Shown: positions 1 to 8,273 of the stretch, in pieces
How the letters are laid out: each line of letters starts with the position of its first letter
Position numbering within the stretch: position 1 is the first letter of the stretch
Source: a virus
Lineage: Duplodnaviria; Caudoviricetes
Reading direction: 5' to 3' (one strand)
IMG/VR virus record: IMGVR_UViG_3300048599_000902
Location: 1-32,730 of that record
DNA: 32,730 bases
Notes under the pieces: generated by a model
What the model was told of the DNA's origin: nothing
The model's database searches: none
What the model saw: the letters and a program-made list of their open reading frames with translations, nothing else
Position numbers and translations under genes: made by a program

Positions 1-213
1 CTACAATGTGGCGTTTTTCGACAGATACATGAGGAAATCCGAGCGGGTCACGTTCCATTCTTCGTCCGCCATATAGCCGTGTAGGCCGCCTGGGCGCTTC
101 AACTCGCGCCGGACCGTCGATGGTGAAACACGCAGGATCGAACAGATATCCGGGATGTTCAGAATAGCAGGCAGCGAGCTTTCCAGCTCTTGTCGCAACT
201 CGTCTGGTATCAT
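1..213 (-). CDS. Excisionase-like (HTH_17/MerR-like) DNA-binding protein
   Basis: 70 aa; LNIPDICSILRVSPSTVRRELK...WNVTRSDFLMYL pattern; GGAGG RBS just upstream of ATG. Confidence 0.75.
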   Translation of the reverse strand: MIPDELRQELESSLPAILNIPDICSILRVSPSTVRRELKRPGGLHGYMADEEWNVTRSDFLMYLSKNATL

Positions 214-358
214 AGTCCTCCACTGTTGACATATCGACCCGATAAATCCATCGAACCTTCACTGCATAAAGCTCGCCGATATAGATGAGGTAATAGATAT
301 GATTCGCATCGCAACGAAGTCGCGCGGCGGCCTCGACTACTGTTCCGAAAGAAGTCAT
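1..358 (-). CDS. Second excisionase-like HTH protein, open past the window edge (not in ORF track)
   Basis: Manual translation from ATG 358 (GGAGG RBS; ATGA overlap with upstream stop): MTSFGTVVEAAARLRCDANHIYYLIYIGELYAVKVRWIYRVDMSTVEDY...; no stop before position 1. Confidence 0.7.
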   Translation of the reverse strand, partial: MTSFGTVVEAAARLRCDANHIYYLIYIGELYAVKVRWIYRVDMSTVEDYDTRRVATRAGKLAACYSEHPGYLFDPACFTIDGPARVEAPRRPTRLYGGRRMERDPLGFPHVSVEKRHIV

Positions 359-621
359 GCACACCTCCCTGGCATCGCGATGAATTGTTCCATGCCCTTG
401 CGCAAGCGTGGGCCCTCCATGTAGCCGCATTTTGGACATCGGTATTTCCCTTGCCCGTTCGTCGAAAGATCATGCTTACATTTTGGGCAAGCCCGGCAGG
501 AGCGGAAGAAGGTGCGCCAGCTTGAGCCCTCGCCGTAAAATGAAACGAGGGGAATCCAGTCCCTGGGAGGAATGCTCCTCAAGGCGGATTGGCTTGCATT
601 GGTATGATCGTCGGGGCTCAT
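355..621 (-). CDS. Small Zn-ribbon protein
   Basis: CPKC-x13-CPKC; ATGA overlaps with both neighbours. Confidence 0.65.
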   Translation of the reverse strand: MSPDDHTNASQSALRSIPPRDWIPLVSFYGEGSSWRTFFRSCRACPKCKHDLSTNGQGKYRCPKCGYMEGPRLRKGMEQFIAMPGRCA

Positions 622-1100
622 GAACTTACCCCCTTACGTTCAGATGGAACACGTGGAGAGGGACCATCAGGATCTATACCAGCTTTCCAGCAGATATCAC
701 GTAACGCGAGAATAAGAGAAGATGCGTCCTTCTTCACGAGGAAACGGAGATCCTCGACATGACCAATCCGCTTCACCATTGCTCGGAGGCTTTTCTCGTT
801 CTTCGAGCGGCTCGCGAGCTCCCAGAGCCCCTTAATATAGTAGAGCTGCCGATCAGTGCAGTAATTGTTCCTTTGATCATCGCGGACAGGCAGGCGCTTG
901 TTCTTCGTTGGAGAACGAACGAAGCCGAGATTCGAAAAGGCTTTCATAACGGCCTCGAATTGCTCTTCCGTGTTAATCTTTCCAGCGCTGGCCACTCCTG
1001 CGGCTCCATAGAGCAATCCGCGATATGCGTCCTCGTCGAGAGCCCGATCCTTCCGTGCGAGATGAATGATCGCGAGCTTTTCAGATCGGCGGGAAAGCAT
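618..1100 (-). CDS. Mu GemA/gp16-like (DUF1018) regulatory protein
   Basis: LAIIHLARKDRALDEDAYRGLL N-terminus and QLYYIKGLW...SLRAMVKR motif typical of the family. Confidence 0.85.
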   Translation of the reverse strand: MLSRRSEKLAIIHLARKDRALDEDAYRGLLYGAAGVASAGKINTEEQFEAVMKAFSNLGFVRSPTKNKRLPVRDDQRNNYCTDRQLYYIKGLWELASRSKNEKSLRAMVKRIGHVEDLRFLVKKDASSLILALRDICWKAGIDPDGPSPRVPSERKGVSS

Positions 1101-1987
1101 TATTCGTCCTTCCCGCCGATGGCATCGCGGGCCTTATCTACCATTTCGACAAAGTCATCCGCCTCTCTTGCCTCACCGATTGGTATGCATAGGCTCCAAT
1201 GTTTGTGATCCCTTCCTACGGCCATCTTGCAGCCGGTACACCAATGGGTGAGCTTGTCATGGTCTGCTATATCCTCAAGGGCCTTGCGCTCCCTTTTCCG
1301 CTCGGCGAGCGTGGCGCAAAGGGCGACAGCCACGAGGTCATATATCTCTCTAGCAACCTCACCCTGCATCCTACTGACCGCTGATGGATATTGCGATGTA
1401 AACGACCGGTAGGAGCCAAGCCGGGCCTCGATGCAGTCGAGGAGGTGCTGGTGTTTTTCCTCGCTCGGGGCGGACTCGGGTTTGTTGACGCATGTCGGGG
1501 ATAGTACGTCCCGCATAGCTTCATCCATGGTATCCTTGGCTCGGGGATCGCCGTTTAGGAACGTGTCCTTCGCCTCTCCCTGCTCGGGCGCGGGGATGGC
1601 GTCAAGGAGAGCTGACTTCTGAGCCGCACACGCAGCGCACTCATGTCCCGCGAGCTTTCCGTTGTCGGAATCCCATATCCCTGCCTTGGCGTGCGAGTGT
1701 CTTGGATATCCGACATTGCCTGGGCTGCTACGGCAGCGATATTCTTCACGAAAAAGCCTCTTAATTCGGCGCCACTCAGCAAGCTCGGGCTCCTCTTGTC
1801 TACGCCCCGAGGCTAAGGCCACCCCCGCCTCAAACACACGTTGAAGAATAGGTTCAAGCGTCTCCACACAGAGTCCTAGCTCATCGAGTCCTGTCCGTGC
1901 CTCAAGTTTCTCGATCTCCGGCCGGTACTCAGTCTGCATCAGGCGAGCGAACTCTAGCACTTGAGTGGTCTGCATCTTTTCGTTCAT
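1100..1987 (-). CDS. Hypothetical phage early protein, Cys/His clusters
   Basis: 295 aa ORF, RBS (AAGGGAG), coupled to the GemA-like gene; HECAAC and WCTGC motifs. Confidence 0.65.
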   Translation of the reverse strand: MNEKMQTTQVLEFARLMQTEYRPEIEKLEARTGLDELGLCVETLEPILQRVFEAGVALASGRRQEEPELAEWRRIKRLFREEYRCRSSPGNVGYPRHSHAKAGIWDSDNGKLAGHECAACAAQKSALLDAIPAPEQGEAKDTFLNGDPRAKDTMDEAMRDVLSPTCVNKPESAPSEEKHQHLLDCIEARLGSYRSFTSQYPSAVSRMQGEVAREIYDLVAVALCATLAERKRERKALEDIADHDKLTHWCTGCKMAVGRDHKHWSLCIPIGEAREADDFVEMVDKARDAIGGKDE

Positions 1988-2006
1988 AAGACTCTCCCTT
2001 TATCTA

Positions 2007-2123
2007 TGGAGGATGCGGGACTCGAACCCGCTCGGGCGCCTCAAGATGAAGGGCAGTACGGAAGGAGCGAAAGCTCTCTGCCGCTTCATCTTGCCGAGAC
2101 TGGTACTCTCGGCCCTATCCCCC
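2007..2123 (-). ncRNA. tRNA-like structured RNA with alanine-type acceptor stem
   Basis: 5' GGGGGAT pairs with ATCCTCC plus discriminator A; T-arm GCGGG-TTCGAGT-CCCGC; interior hairpins instead of canonical D and anticodon arms. Confidence 0.7.
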
Positions 2124-2192
2124 GTGAAGCAGGCCCCGGAGGGCCTGTATGACCGCGTCCAGGCCGGACGTCCAGAACGGCCTGGACATGAA

Positions 2193-2786
2193 CTACGCTG
2201 CAATATCGAGATTGATGAGATCGTATTTGCCCTTGTCATTGCGGCGATAGATCCGTATGTATTCTTTCGATTCCGCAACCGTGATCGAGTCGGAGATGGC
2301 TTCCATTGCCTTCTTCCACTTCTCGTTCTCGATCGGTAGGCGCCTGAGGCTGAGGACGCGGTTTGTGTTGATCTTGCCAGCCTTGTCCACCGCGAAGGCG
2401 TCATCGACGATGACCTTGAGTTCCGCTGGGGAGTCTTTCGTCCACTCGCGGAAGCACGCGTCGATGAGGGCTTTCGCGGCCTGGAGTCGCTCGTCGAAGG
2501 TTATGCGCTCATCCACCGCGATGAGGATTTTGTATTCACCATCGTAGCTCGTGAGCGTAATGTTTCCTTTTTGTCCGCCCAGCCTCACACCATATTGCTC
2601 GGCGGAGAGCTCGACGAATGCCTTGACGTCCCCGAGAGCCCTTTGCTTGAACAGCGAAAGCCCCCGCGCTACGGTCATTGCATTCGTGAGGATATCGCGG
2701 ACAAGCTCGTCTCGCGCCTTGTCGATCGGCCGCACCATCTCCTCGGGCACCATGCGGCCTTTCGAGTCTTTCATGAATCCGTCCAT
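2193..2786 (-). CDS. DUF3164-family protein of Mu-like phages
   Basis: MKDSKGRMVPEEMVRPID...GGQKGNITLTSYDG...FDERLQAAKALID...WKKAMEAISDSI...YIRIYRR signature. Confidence 0.9.
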   Translation of the reverse strand: MDGFMKDSKGRMVPEEMVRPIDKARDELVRDILTNAMTVARGLSLFKQRALGDVKAFVELSAEQYGVRLGGQKGNITLTSYDGEYKILIAVDERITFDERLQAAKALIDACFREWTKDSPAELKVIVDDAFAVDKAGKINTNRVLSLRRLPIENEKWKKAMEAISDSITVAESKEYIRIYRRNDKGKYDLINLDIAA

Positions 2787-2959
2787 TAGGGTCTCCTTTC
2801 TCCTTTGTGATCCGAGAGAGCCATCGGCTCCCTGAAAAACGCGCAGGGGCTTACACTGGCAATTTTTGTTTCATCCCCATTGTGAGCCGTTGCCTCATCC
2901 ATCACTGCGGCCAGCCGGTCGGAACAGGCGATTACTCGCTTCTCCAGTCCACTGAGCAT
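2786..2959 (-). CDS. Hypothetical protein (57 aa; start moved to ATG 2959)
   Basis: AAGGAGG RBS before ATG 2959; stop overlaps the DUF3164 start. Confidence 0.55.
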   Translation of the reverse strand: MLSGLEKRVIACSDRLAAVMDEATAHNGDETKIASVSPCAFFREPMALSDHKGERRP

Positions 2960-2970
2960 GGCGTCCTCCT

Positions 2971-3192
2971 TCAGGCGGCCCTCGGCCCTTCGGGCCCAGG
3001 CCAAGCAGGATCGAGTTCGATGCACTCCCGGAGAGTTGTTCGGAGGCCGAAGAGCGAAGACCTTACGCCCTGGAGAGATGCTCGTGCCTTGTCTCCGTCA
3101 AGACCGGGATCCAGAAGACCCGAATCAACCTTGTCCTGAATTGCATCGATTTTCTGATCAATCAAGTTGAATTTCGCGTCATCGAGAATCAT
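2971..3192 (-). CDS. Hypothetical protein
   Basis: 73 aa; ATGA overlap with upstream gene; AAAGGAG RBS. Confidence 0.65.
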   Translation of the reverse strand: MILDDAKFNLIDQKIDAIQDKVDSGLLDPGLDGDKARASLQGVRSSLFGLRTTLRECIELDPAWPGPEGPRAA

Positions 3193-4133
3193 CTTTTCGC
3201 TCCTTTCGTCGCTTTCACGACGGACTTCTTTTTTGCAACCCTTGCGGTCTGGCTCTTATCAGGCGAGACATCCCTCATCCTCTGAACCATGGCATTCCGC
3301 GAGGTGTCAAAGGGAGTGGGTATAGTTCCCTGATCCTCGAGCTGCTCAACTGTTGCGTAGAAGGTCTCGAGAGCGAGTTGCAGATTCTGATGAGCCTTGG
3401 TAACTGCCACCTGATATGCGGGTTCATCGATAGCCATGTTCACGAAGAGATTACAGACCGGCATGGCGCCGATCTCAGGCCTGACGACATAGAGAGTCCC
3501 ATCGCGATACGGAGCTATGCGATAGTGCTTGAGCACGATTCCGGAAAGCGTGGGCTTCTTGAAAATTCCCGCGAAGTCTTCGGGGCGCGGCTCTCCCCCG
3601 AGGCTCTGTCCGCCTTTCGTGTGGATTTCCTCGCCTTCATCCGGCGCGGCGAGTTTCTTCACGCCAGCGTCAAGGTAGGCTTCCGTGATCGAGAACTCTT
3701 CGAGGGCTTTTCGTGGTTCGGTCTTATACCGTTCGTAAACTTGCATATAGCGATTTGCCGTCATTCGTGAAAATGGGCAATTCGCCTCAATCCAGGGGAT
3801 GAATTCGCCATGGTTAAGAACTTCCTTGACTTCGGAAAGGATCTTCCCCATAGCGAAGATAACAACTACAGTCTTCTGCGAGAGCCCCGTAAGAATTCCC
3901 TGGAGTGCCGCAAGTTCATTCTGTGCTTCATCGGCTCCGGGAGTCCCCGAGCGTGAAAGAATGCGTTCGAGAAGCCCCTCCTGCTTCTCCGCCATAGTGG
4001 CCAATTCCGTTCCGGGAAGCTCGCTCTGGGCAGGCTGGCCCTTGGCGGGAGAACTTCCCGTATCTTGTTCATGCCTCCGGCCTCCAGCGCCAAGAAGATC
4101 GAGGATACCGCCTGCGTTTCTCTCTTTTGCCAT
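3189..4133 (-). CDS. DUF3102-domain protein
   Basis: GKILSEVKEVLNHGEFIPWIEANCPFSRMTANRYMQVY motif. Confidence 0.8.
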   Translation of the reverse strand: MAKERNAGGILDLLGAGGRRHEQDTGSSPAKGQPAQSELPGTELATMAEKQEGLLERILSRSGTPGADEAQNELAALQGILTGLSQKTVVVIFAMGKILSEVKEVLNHGEFIPWIEANCPFSRMTANRYMQVYERYKTEPRKALEEFSITEAYLDAGVKKLAAPDEGEEIHTKGGQSLGGEPRPEDFAGIFKKPTLSGIVLKHYRIAPYRDGTLYVVRPEIGAMPVCNLFVNMAIDEPAYQVAVTKAHQNLQLALETFYATVEQLEDQGTIPTPFDTSRNAMVQRMRDVSPDKSQTARVAKKKSVVKATKGAKR

Positions 4134-4141
4134 ACATTACC

Positions 4142-5038
4142 TCACGCAAATAAAAAGCTCGCCGACTCCGAGACAAGCTCGGCCGTTGGCAGTTCGAGGC
4201 TGCTTTGCCGCAAAACGCGCTTCGTGAGCGCTATATGGCGAATCAGTATGTGCAGACTCTGGCGTGCTGATTTTTCGAAGACCTTCCCGGATTCGGGGTC
4301 AAGGTCCGGCCAGACCGCGGCAAGGATCTCGCGCACATCAGCTGCCCCGACATCCTCGACGTTGAGCCTCATGCCCACGCGGTTTTCGAGCTGCCTATGG
4401 TCGGATTTGAGGCTGTGTATGCGGTATTCGATCCGCGGTAACCCTGACAAGACGAGCGCGGATCCACCCTTGTCGTTGATGGCGATGCGCGCCCACTCGA
4501 GCACCTGATCGGTGAGGTAGTCCGCCTCATCGAAGATCACGCACATGTCGCGCTTTCGAAGCTCGGCTACAATGCGGTCGGAGATCTCGGAGATTCGTCC
4601 CTTGGGATCCAACCCGAGCTCGCGGGCGAGGGTCGAGACGATCGTAGAGAGTCCCATGGTCGGATCGCATTTCACGAGCACGGTCGTGTTCGGATTCTCG
4701 ATCGTGTATTCCTCGAGAGCTCGACTTTTCCCGGCCCCGGAGTTTCCGAGTACGAGTCCGATGAACTTCTCCTCATGGGCGACGCGGACAGCGGTCTTTA
4801 TCCGCGAGGTCCTCTTCAAGGGAACGAAGGGCACGACGCCCGCTTCCTCGCGGGCCTCCTGGAGTTCGAGCCATGCGCGGATCTTTGCCTCTACGGCGTC
4901 GATGTCGCCCTTGTACTCGCCTTTTCTCCACTGCGAGATGACGCCAGCCGTATAGCCGATGCCCTGAGCGGCTTTATTCATGGAGATGTGATATTTCTGG
5001 CAGTATGCATCAAACCTAGCTAATAGTGCGTTATCCAT
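4142..5038 (-). CDS. MuB-like transposition AAA+ ATPase
   Basis: N-terminal HTH (ISQWRKGEYKGD), Walker A GNSGAGKS, Walker B VIFDEAD; directly after the transposase. Confidence 0.95.
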   Translation of the reverse strand: MDNALLARFDAYCQKYHISMNKAAQGIGYTAGVISQWRKGEYKGDIDAVEAKIRAWLELQEAREEAGVVPFVPLKRTSRIKTAVRVAHEEKFIGLVLGNSGAGKSRALEEYTIENPNTTVLVKCDPTMGLSTIVSTLARELGLDPKGRISEISDRIVAELRKRDMCVIFDEADYLTDQVLEWARIAINDKGGSALVLSGLPRIEYRIHSLKSDHRQLENRVGMRLNVEDVGAADVREILAAVWPDLDPESGKVFEKSARQSLHILIRHIALTKRVLRQSSLELPTAELVSESASFLFA

Positions 5039-5041
5039 GGA

Positions 5042-6970
5042 TTACTCCTCTGTTGCGAATAGATCGATGATTGCATTCACGCGATCTTGCGCGTGCCTGT
5101 GTGACTCAATCTCGGCGCCACGTGGCGGCTCGGGGTCGCTTTCAGAACCCGCGGCGAGTGCGAGAGGCTCGGACATACTGCCCAGAGAGGCCTTACGCAT
5201 TTCGCCCAGGCTCCGCATCCCTTCGGGCGGCTCGATACGACCCTTCGAAAGTTCATTGATGAGCTCAAGGTTGGTCTTCGCCGATTTCTTCCGCCTCTCA
5301 ATCGTGGCGGCAGTATCACTGCTTTCCGCAAAGTAGTTCGCGGTAGCCCGACAGAGGACACTTCCCTTGATGTCACAAACAAGAGCCGTGTCCGGAGCGG
5401 CGAGTGGCCTTTTCACGAGGACATCTGTCCCCGTGTAGCGGAGGAGTTCCTCCGACCAGTAGTTTACGCCATCCACCTGGACACCATTTTCCCTTACTCG
5501 ACGCTTGTCCGCTCTACAGAGCGCTAGTTCGAGGACCTCGCGGCTGACGGGCCGAGGTTCGGGGGCAAGGTCCTTAAAGACCTCATGGGGCGTCCTTCCG
5601 TCCATGCCTTTCCCCTTTCCTCTCCAGGATTCATTCCACCAGTCGAGGAAACCCGCGAGCCAAAGAACAAATGCTTCCCAGGTGAGAATTTTGCCGCGAT
5701 GCTCAAGCGCCTTTGCCCCTCGCCAGAGGAGCTTGGTCTCCTCGGGACAGTCGTGGGTATTTGAACCGACATAGGCCCCGAGCTCCTTGGCGAGATATTC
5801 CTGCCACGTTCCGTGGTTGCGTTCGTGACGTCCCTTGGACTGCCCCGCGTAAGTCCAGGTGAACGAGACCTCGTCCACGCACGCCTGATAGGCGCCCGCG
5901 ACATAAATTTCTTCCTCCTCGGGGAATCCATCCGCATTGAGCGTCTGGAACTGCATGGTCTTGCCATTAAGGAACTGCCCGCGATAGTCCTTGCCATTGT
6001 CCACGGTAAGTACCTTGGCCTTGCCAAAGTTGAGAGCCATGATGGCGAGGGATGTCGTGATTGAGAGATAGCTTGGTGACGGGGTCGGCGCCATCCCGAG
6101 CACGAGGCCGGAACGGAAGTCCTGAATAGTCGTGAGCCAGGGCCTGATAAGTTTACCCTGGTACTCGACCACCGCATCGATCATGACATGATCACTCGTT
6201 ACAAGATCCATTGGACGATAGAGCCGCATATCACGCTCAATGTAGGGATCGTAATCCGCGGCCCATCGCGTCTTGCCTTCGCGCCACGCTGCTTTGTAGG
6301 TCGGCGGCAGGGCATTGAGGTATCGGACGACAGTCTGGTAGCTCGGGATCTCTGGCAGCCTGCCAGCGTCACGAAGGCCCTCAAGCTGTAGATAGACATG
6401 GCCTATCGAGGGCCGCGTTGGCTTGAGATAGAACCATTCGGCATACCCCTTGGCGAGATCGGAAAGACTGGCCCCAACTTCCTTCTTTGCGTGCCTCGCA
6501 GCGTAGCGGGGGACAAGGCCGGACAGACAGCGTCCGGCATCCTCCCACCCTTGTAGCCATCTATAGAAGGTAGCTTGCGAGATGATGCCCAGCCGCTGAA
6601 GAAGCGCTGGATTCACCCTGCCTGAGTCGTACGCAATGACGAAGTCTGCGACCGATAATTCCATCCCACGATAAATGCCAATGAGCGTGGCCCGGAGCTG
6701 GGCCGTTTCCCTGTCCTTTTCGCGGGCCATTAGAAATGATGCCTCAGTGGGGGCGCTCGCCTGATCGCTTGCAGGCTCGGGGACCTCCGGCTCAAGGAGC
6801 CCCCGGCCGATGAGAGCCGCAATGACCTCGGCGGGGAGACTCCGGGGAAGCCAGCGCAGAGCCCTGCCCTCTCCTTTATAGAGCCATCCCTCCTTGGAGG
6901 CACGAGCGAGCACTGCTTGGCGCGTCATCCCGAGAGCGCCAGCGACGGCAATGGTCGAAAGCTCAGTCAT
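5042..6970 (-). CDS. MuA-like DDE transposase (start moved to ATG 6970)
   Basis: Mu DNA-binding N-terminus; catalytic VTSDH / TVDNGKDY / KGRHERNH; C-terminal VRENGVQVDGVNYWS; AGGAG RBS before 6970. Confidence 0.95.
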   Translation of the reverse strand: MTELSTIAVAGALGMTRQAVLARASKEGWLYKGEGRALRWLPRSLPAEVIAALIGRGLLEPEVPEPASDQASAPTEASFLMAREKDRETAQLRATLIGIYRGMELSVADFVIAYDSGRVNPALLQRLGIISQATFYRWLQGWEDAGRCLSGLVPRYAARHAKKEVGASLSDLAKGYAEWFYLKPTRPSIGHVYLQLEGLRDAGRLPEIPSYQTVVRYLNALPPTYKAAWREGKTRWAADYDPYIERDMRLYRPMDLVTSDHVMIDAVVEYQGKLIRPWLTTIQDFRSGLVLGMAPTPSPSYLSITTSLAIMALNFGKAKVLTVDNGKDYRGQFLNGKTMQFQTLNADGFPEEEEIYVAGAYQACVDEVSFTWTYAGQSKGRHERNHGTWQEYLAKELGAYVGSNTHDCPEETKLLWRGAKALEHRGKILTWEAFVLWLAGFLDWWNESWRGKGKGMDGRTPHEVFKDLAPEPRPVSREVLELALCRADKRRVRENGVQVDGVNYWSEELLRYTGTDVLVKRPLAAPDTALVCDIKGSVLCRATANYFAESSDTAATIERRKKSAKTNLELINELSKGRIEPPEGMRSLGEMRKASLGSMSEPLALAAGSESDPEPPRGAEIESHRHAQDRVNAIIDLFATEE

Positions 6971-7232
6971 GGCTGTCTCCTGTTTTATTGAGGCGACGCC
7001 GGAGACTGTCATTCTCGCGGGTGAGTCGAGCGCAAGACTCAAGAGCCTTTACTGCCCGATCCTGTTCCCCTTTCAACTCTTCCTCAATCCGGTGCATACG
7101 TTCGAACTGATCCTTCTTGAAGGCCTCGAGTTGGTCCATGTAGCGGCAGGCACTCTCGAGCGCACGCTTTTCCTGCTCAAGCTCTTCTTCAAGGTCGCGG
7201 ACATACTTGAACCTGCGAAGAATCCTCTTCAT
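6963..7232 (-). CDS. Hypothetical coiled-coil protein
   Basis: 89 aa, E/K/R-rich heptads; coupled to neighbours. Confidence 0.7.
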   Translation of the reverse strand: MKRILRRFKYVRDLEEELEQEKRALESACRYMDQLEAFKKDQFERMHRIEEELKGEQDRAVKALESCARLTRENDSLRRRLNKTGDSHD

Positions 7233-7561
7233 GCCACGACCTCCCCACAGACATGCTGGAAGGCCTGCACACTGGACAGAGCCCCGACGAAGCGATTCCT
7301 GTCTCCCTTGGTGATACCAGAGCGCTGCGTAAGAATCTCTATGAGCTCAACAGCGGCCTTGGAGAATTCGCCCTGCTCTCCTTTGTCTTCGAGACCCGAG
7401 CGATAGTAGGGGATGCCAACACGGCCGAAACGGAAGCCAGGGACGTACTCGATGCCGTAGCCCCGGAAGTTGCCCTCAAGCTCATCGCCGCGTCCTTCAA
7501 AGGAGATCCATACAACGCGCTTCTCGCGGTCGATGAAGTCAACGTGGGCGCAATTGCACAT
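7229..7561 (-). CDS. Hypothetical protein
   Basis: 110 aa; GGAGG RBS; TAATG coupling. Confidence 0.65.
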   Translation of the reverse strand: MCNCAHVDFIDREKRVVWISFEGRGDELEGNFRGYGIEYVPGFRFGRVGIPYYRSGLEDKGEQGEFSKAAVELIEILTQRSGITKGDRNRFVGALSSVQAFQHVCGEVVA

Positions 7562-7842
7562 TAGGCTACCACCTCCCCCTCATAGAGGGCATGGAGGATG
7601 GCGCTAAACTCAGGATCATCCTCAGCATCGTCGCAGTGCGTGAGAAGCTTTGCCTGGCTGCCGTCCTCGTCGAGGATGAAGCGGCCAAGGGCGAAGTCCA
7701 CGAGAAGGAGCCCTTGCTTCCCGTCCGACCGCACAAAATCCTCGTAGTCGCCACCGGTTTGTACGTCGCGTAGCATCCAACCTGCCTCAGAAAGCCGTCG
7801 TAGCGCGACGCCCCGCGTACAGAGGTTCTGGAACTTCGTCAT
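7561..7842 (-). CDS. Hypothetical protein
   Basis: 93 aa; ATGA overlap with the Ner-like gene. Confidence 0.65.
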   Translation of the reverse strand: MTKFQNLCTRGVALRRLSEAGWMLRDVQTGGDYEDFVRSDGKQGLLLVDFALGRFILDEDGSQAKLLTHCDDAEDDPEFSAILHALYEGEVVA

Positions 7843-8117
7843 GCTGCTATCCCCCTACGAGCGGGGCGTTGACCGAAGAGATCTTCCCAAGGCTTGTTGA
7901 GCGCTTCGGCAATTGCCTTCTCTGCACTCTCTAGGCGCCTTCGTCCCCAAATAACCGAGGAGACATAACCCGGAGTAACATTGAGAACAGCAGCCAACTC
8001 CGTGGTAGTCATGCGCCGTTCAGATAGCGCTGACACTACACGGGCGCGGCGCTCCCAGTCCTTAGGGTGAAGCGTACTGGGTGCTTTCCTCTTTACGCGA
8101 ACTTGAACATCGGTCAT
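7839..8117 (-). CDS. Ner/Cro-like HTH regulator
   Basis: MTTTELAAVLNVTPGYVSSVIWGRR...EKAIAEAL; first early gene, divergent from the repressor. Confidence 0.85.
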   Translation of the reverse strand: MTDVQVRVKRKAPSTLHPKDWERRARVVSALSERRMTTTELAAVLNVTPGYVSSVIWGRRRLESAEKAIAEALNKPWEDLFGQRPARRGIAA

Positions 8118-8190
8118 ACTTAGACCGTCCTTTCTCGCGGCGTCCCGTCGTTGTTCAGGCTCCGGGTGCCGCGATTTTTTTAGGGCTAGT

Positions 8191-8206
8191 GGTAAAGTTT
8201 TTTACC
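8191..8206. promoter_or_regulatory. Candidate operator
   Basis: Inverted repeat GGTAAA-GTTT-TTTACC just downstream of the predicted early promoter. Confidence 0.4.
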
Positions 8207-8220
8207 GGCCCGACGATCTT

Positions 8221-8248
8221 ATTATCGACAGATTGTTGATTCTGTCAA
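8221..8248 (-). promoter_or_regulatory. Sigma70-type early promoter
   Basis: TTGACA-16 nt-GATAAT, overlapped by inverted repeats GACAGA..TCTGTC and GTTGATT..AATCAAC. Confidence 0.65.
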
Positions 8249-8273
8249 GCCGAAATCAACGGAATGGCGAATT

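Noticed and set aside
210-473. 87-aa ORF from the track
   Set aside because: The alternative frame starting at 358 has an RBS, start/stop coupling and an HTH pattern
2007-2123. Canonical tRNA gene or integration (att) site
   Set aside because: No standard D/anticodon arm geometry; it lies inside an operon and the phage integrates by transposition
6971-7042. N-terminal extensions in the ORF track (also starts at 9127, 10005, 18061, 18957, 22778, 24159)
   Set aside because: They overlap upstream genes, promoters or terminators; downstream ATGs have better context
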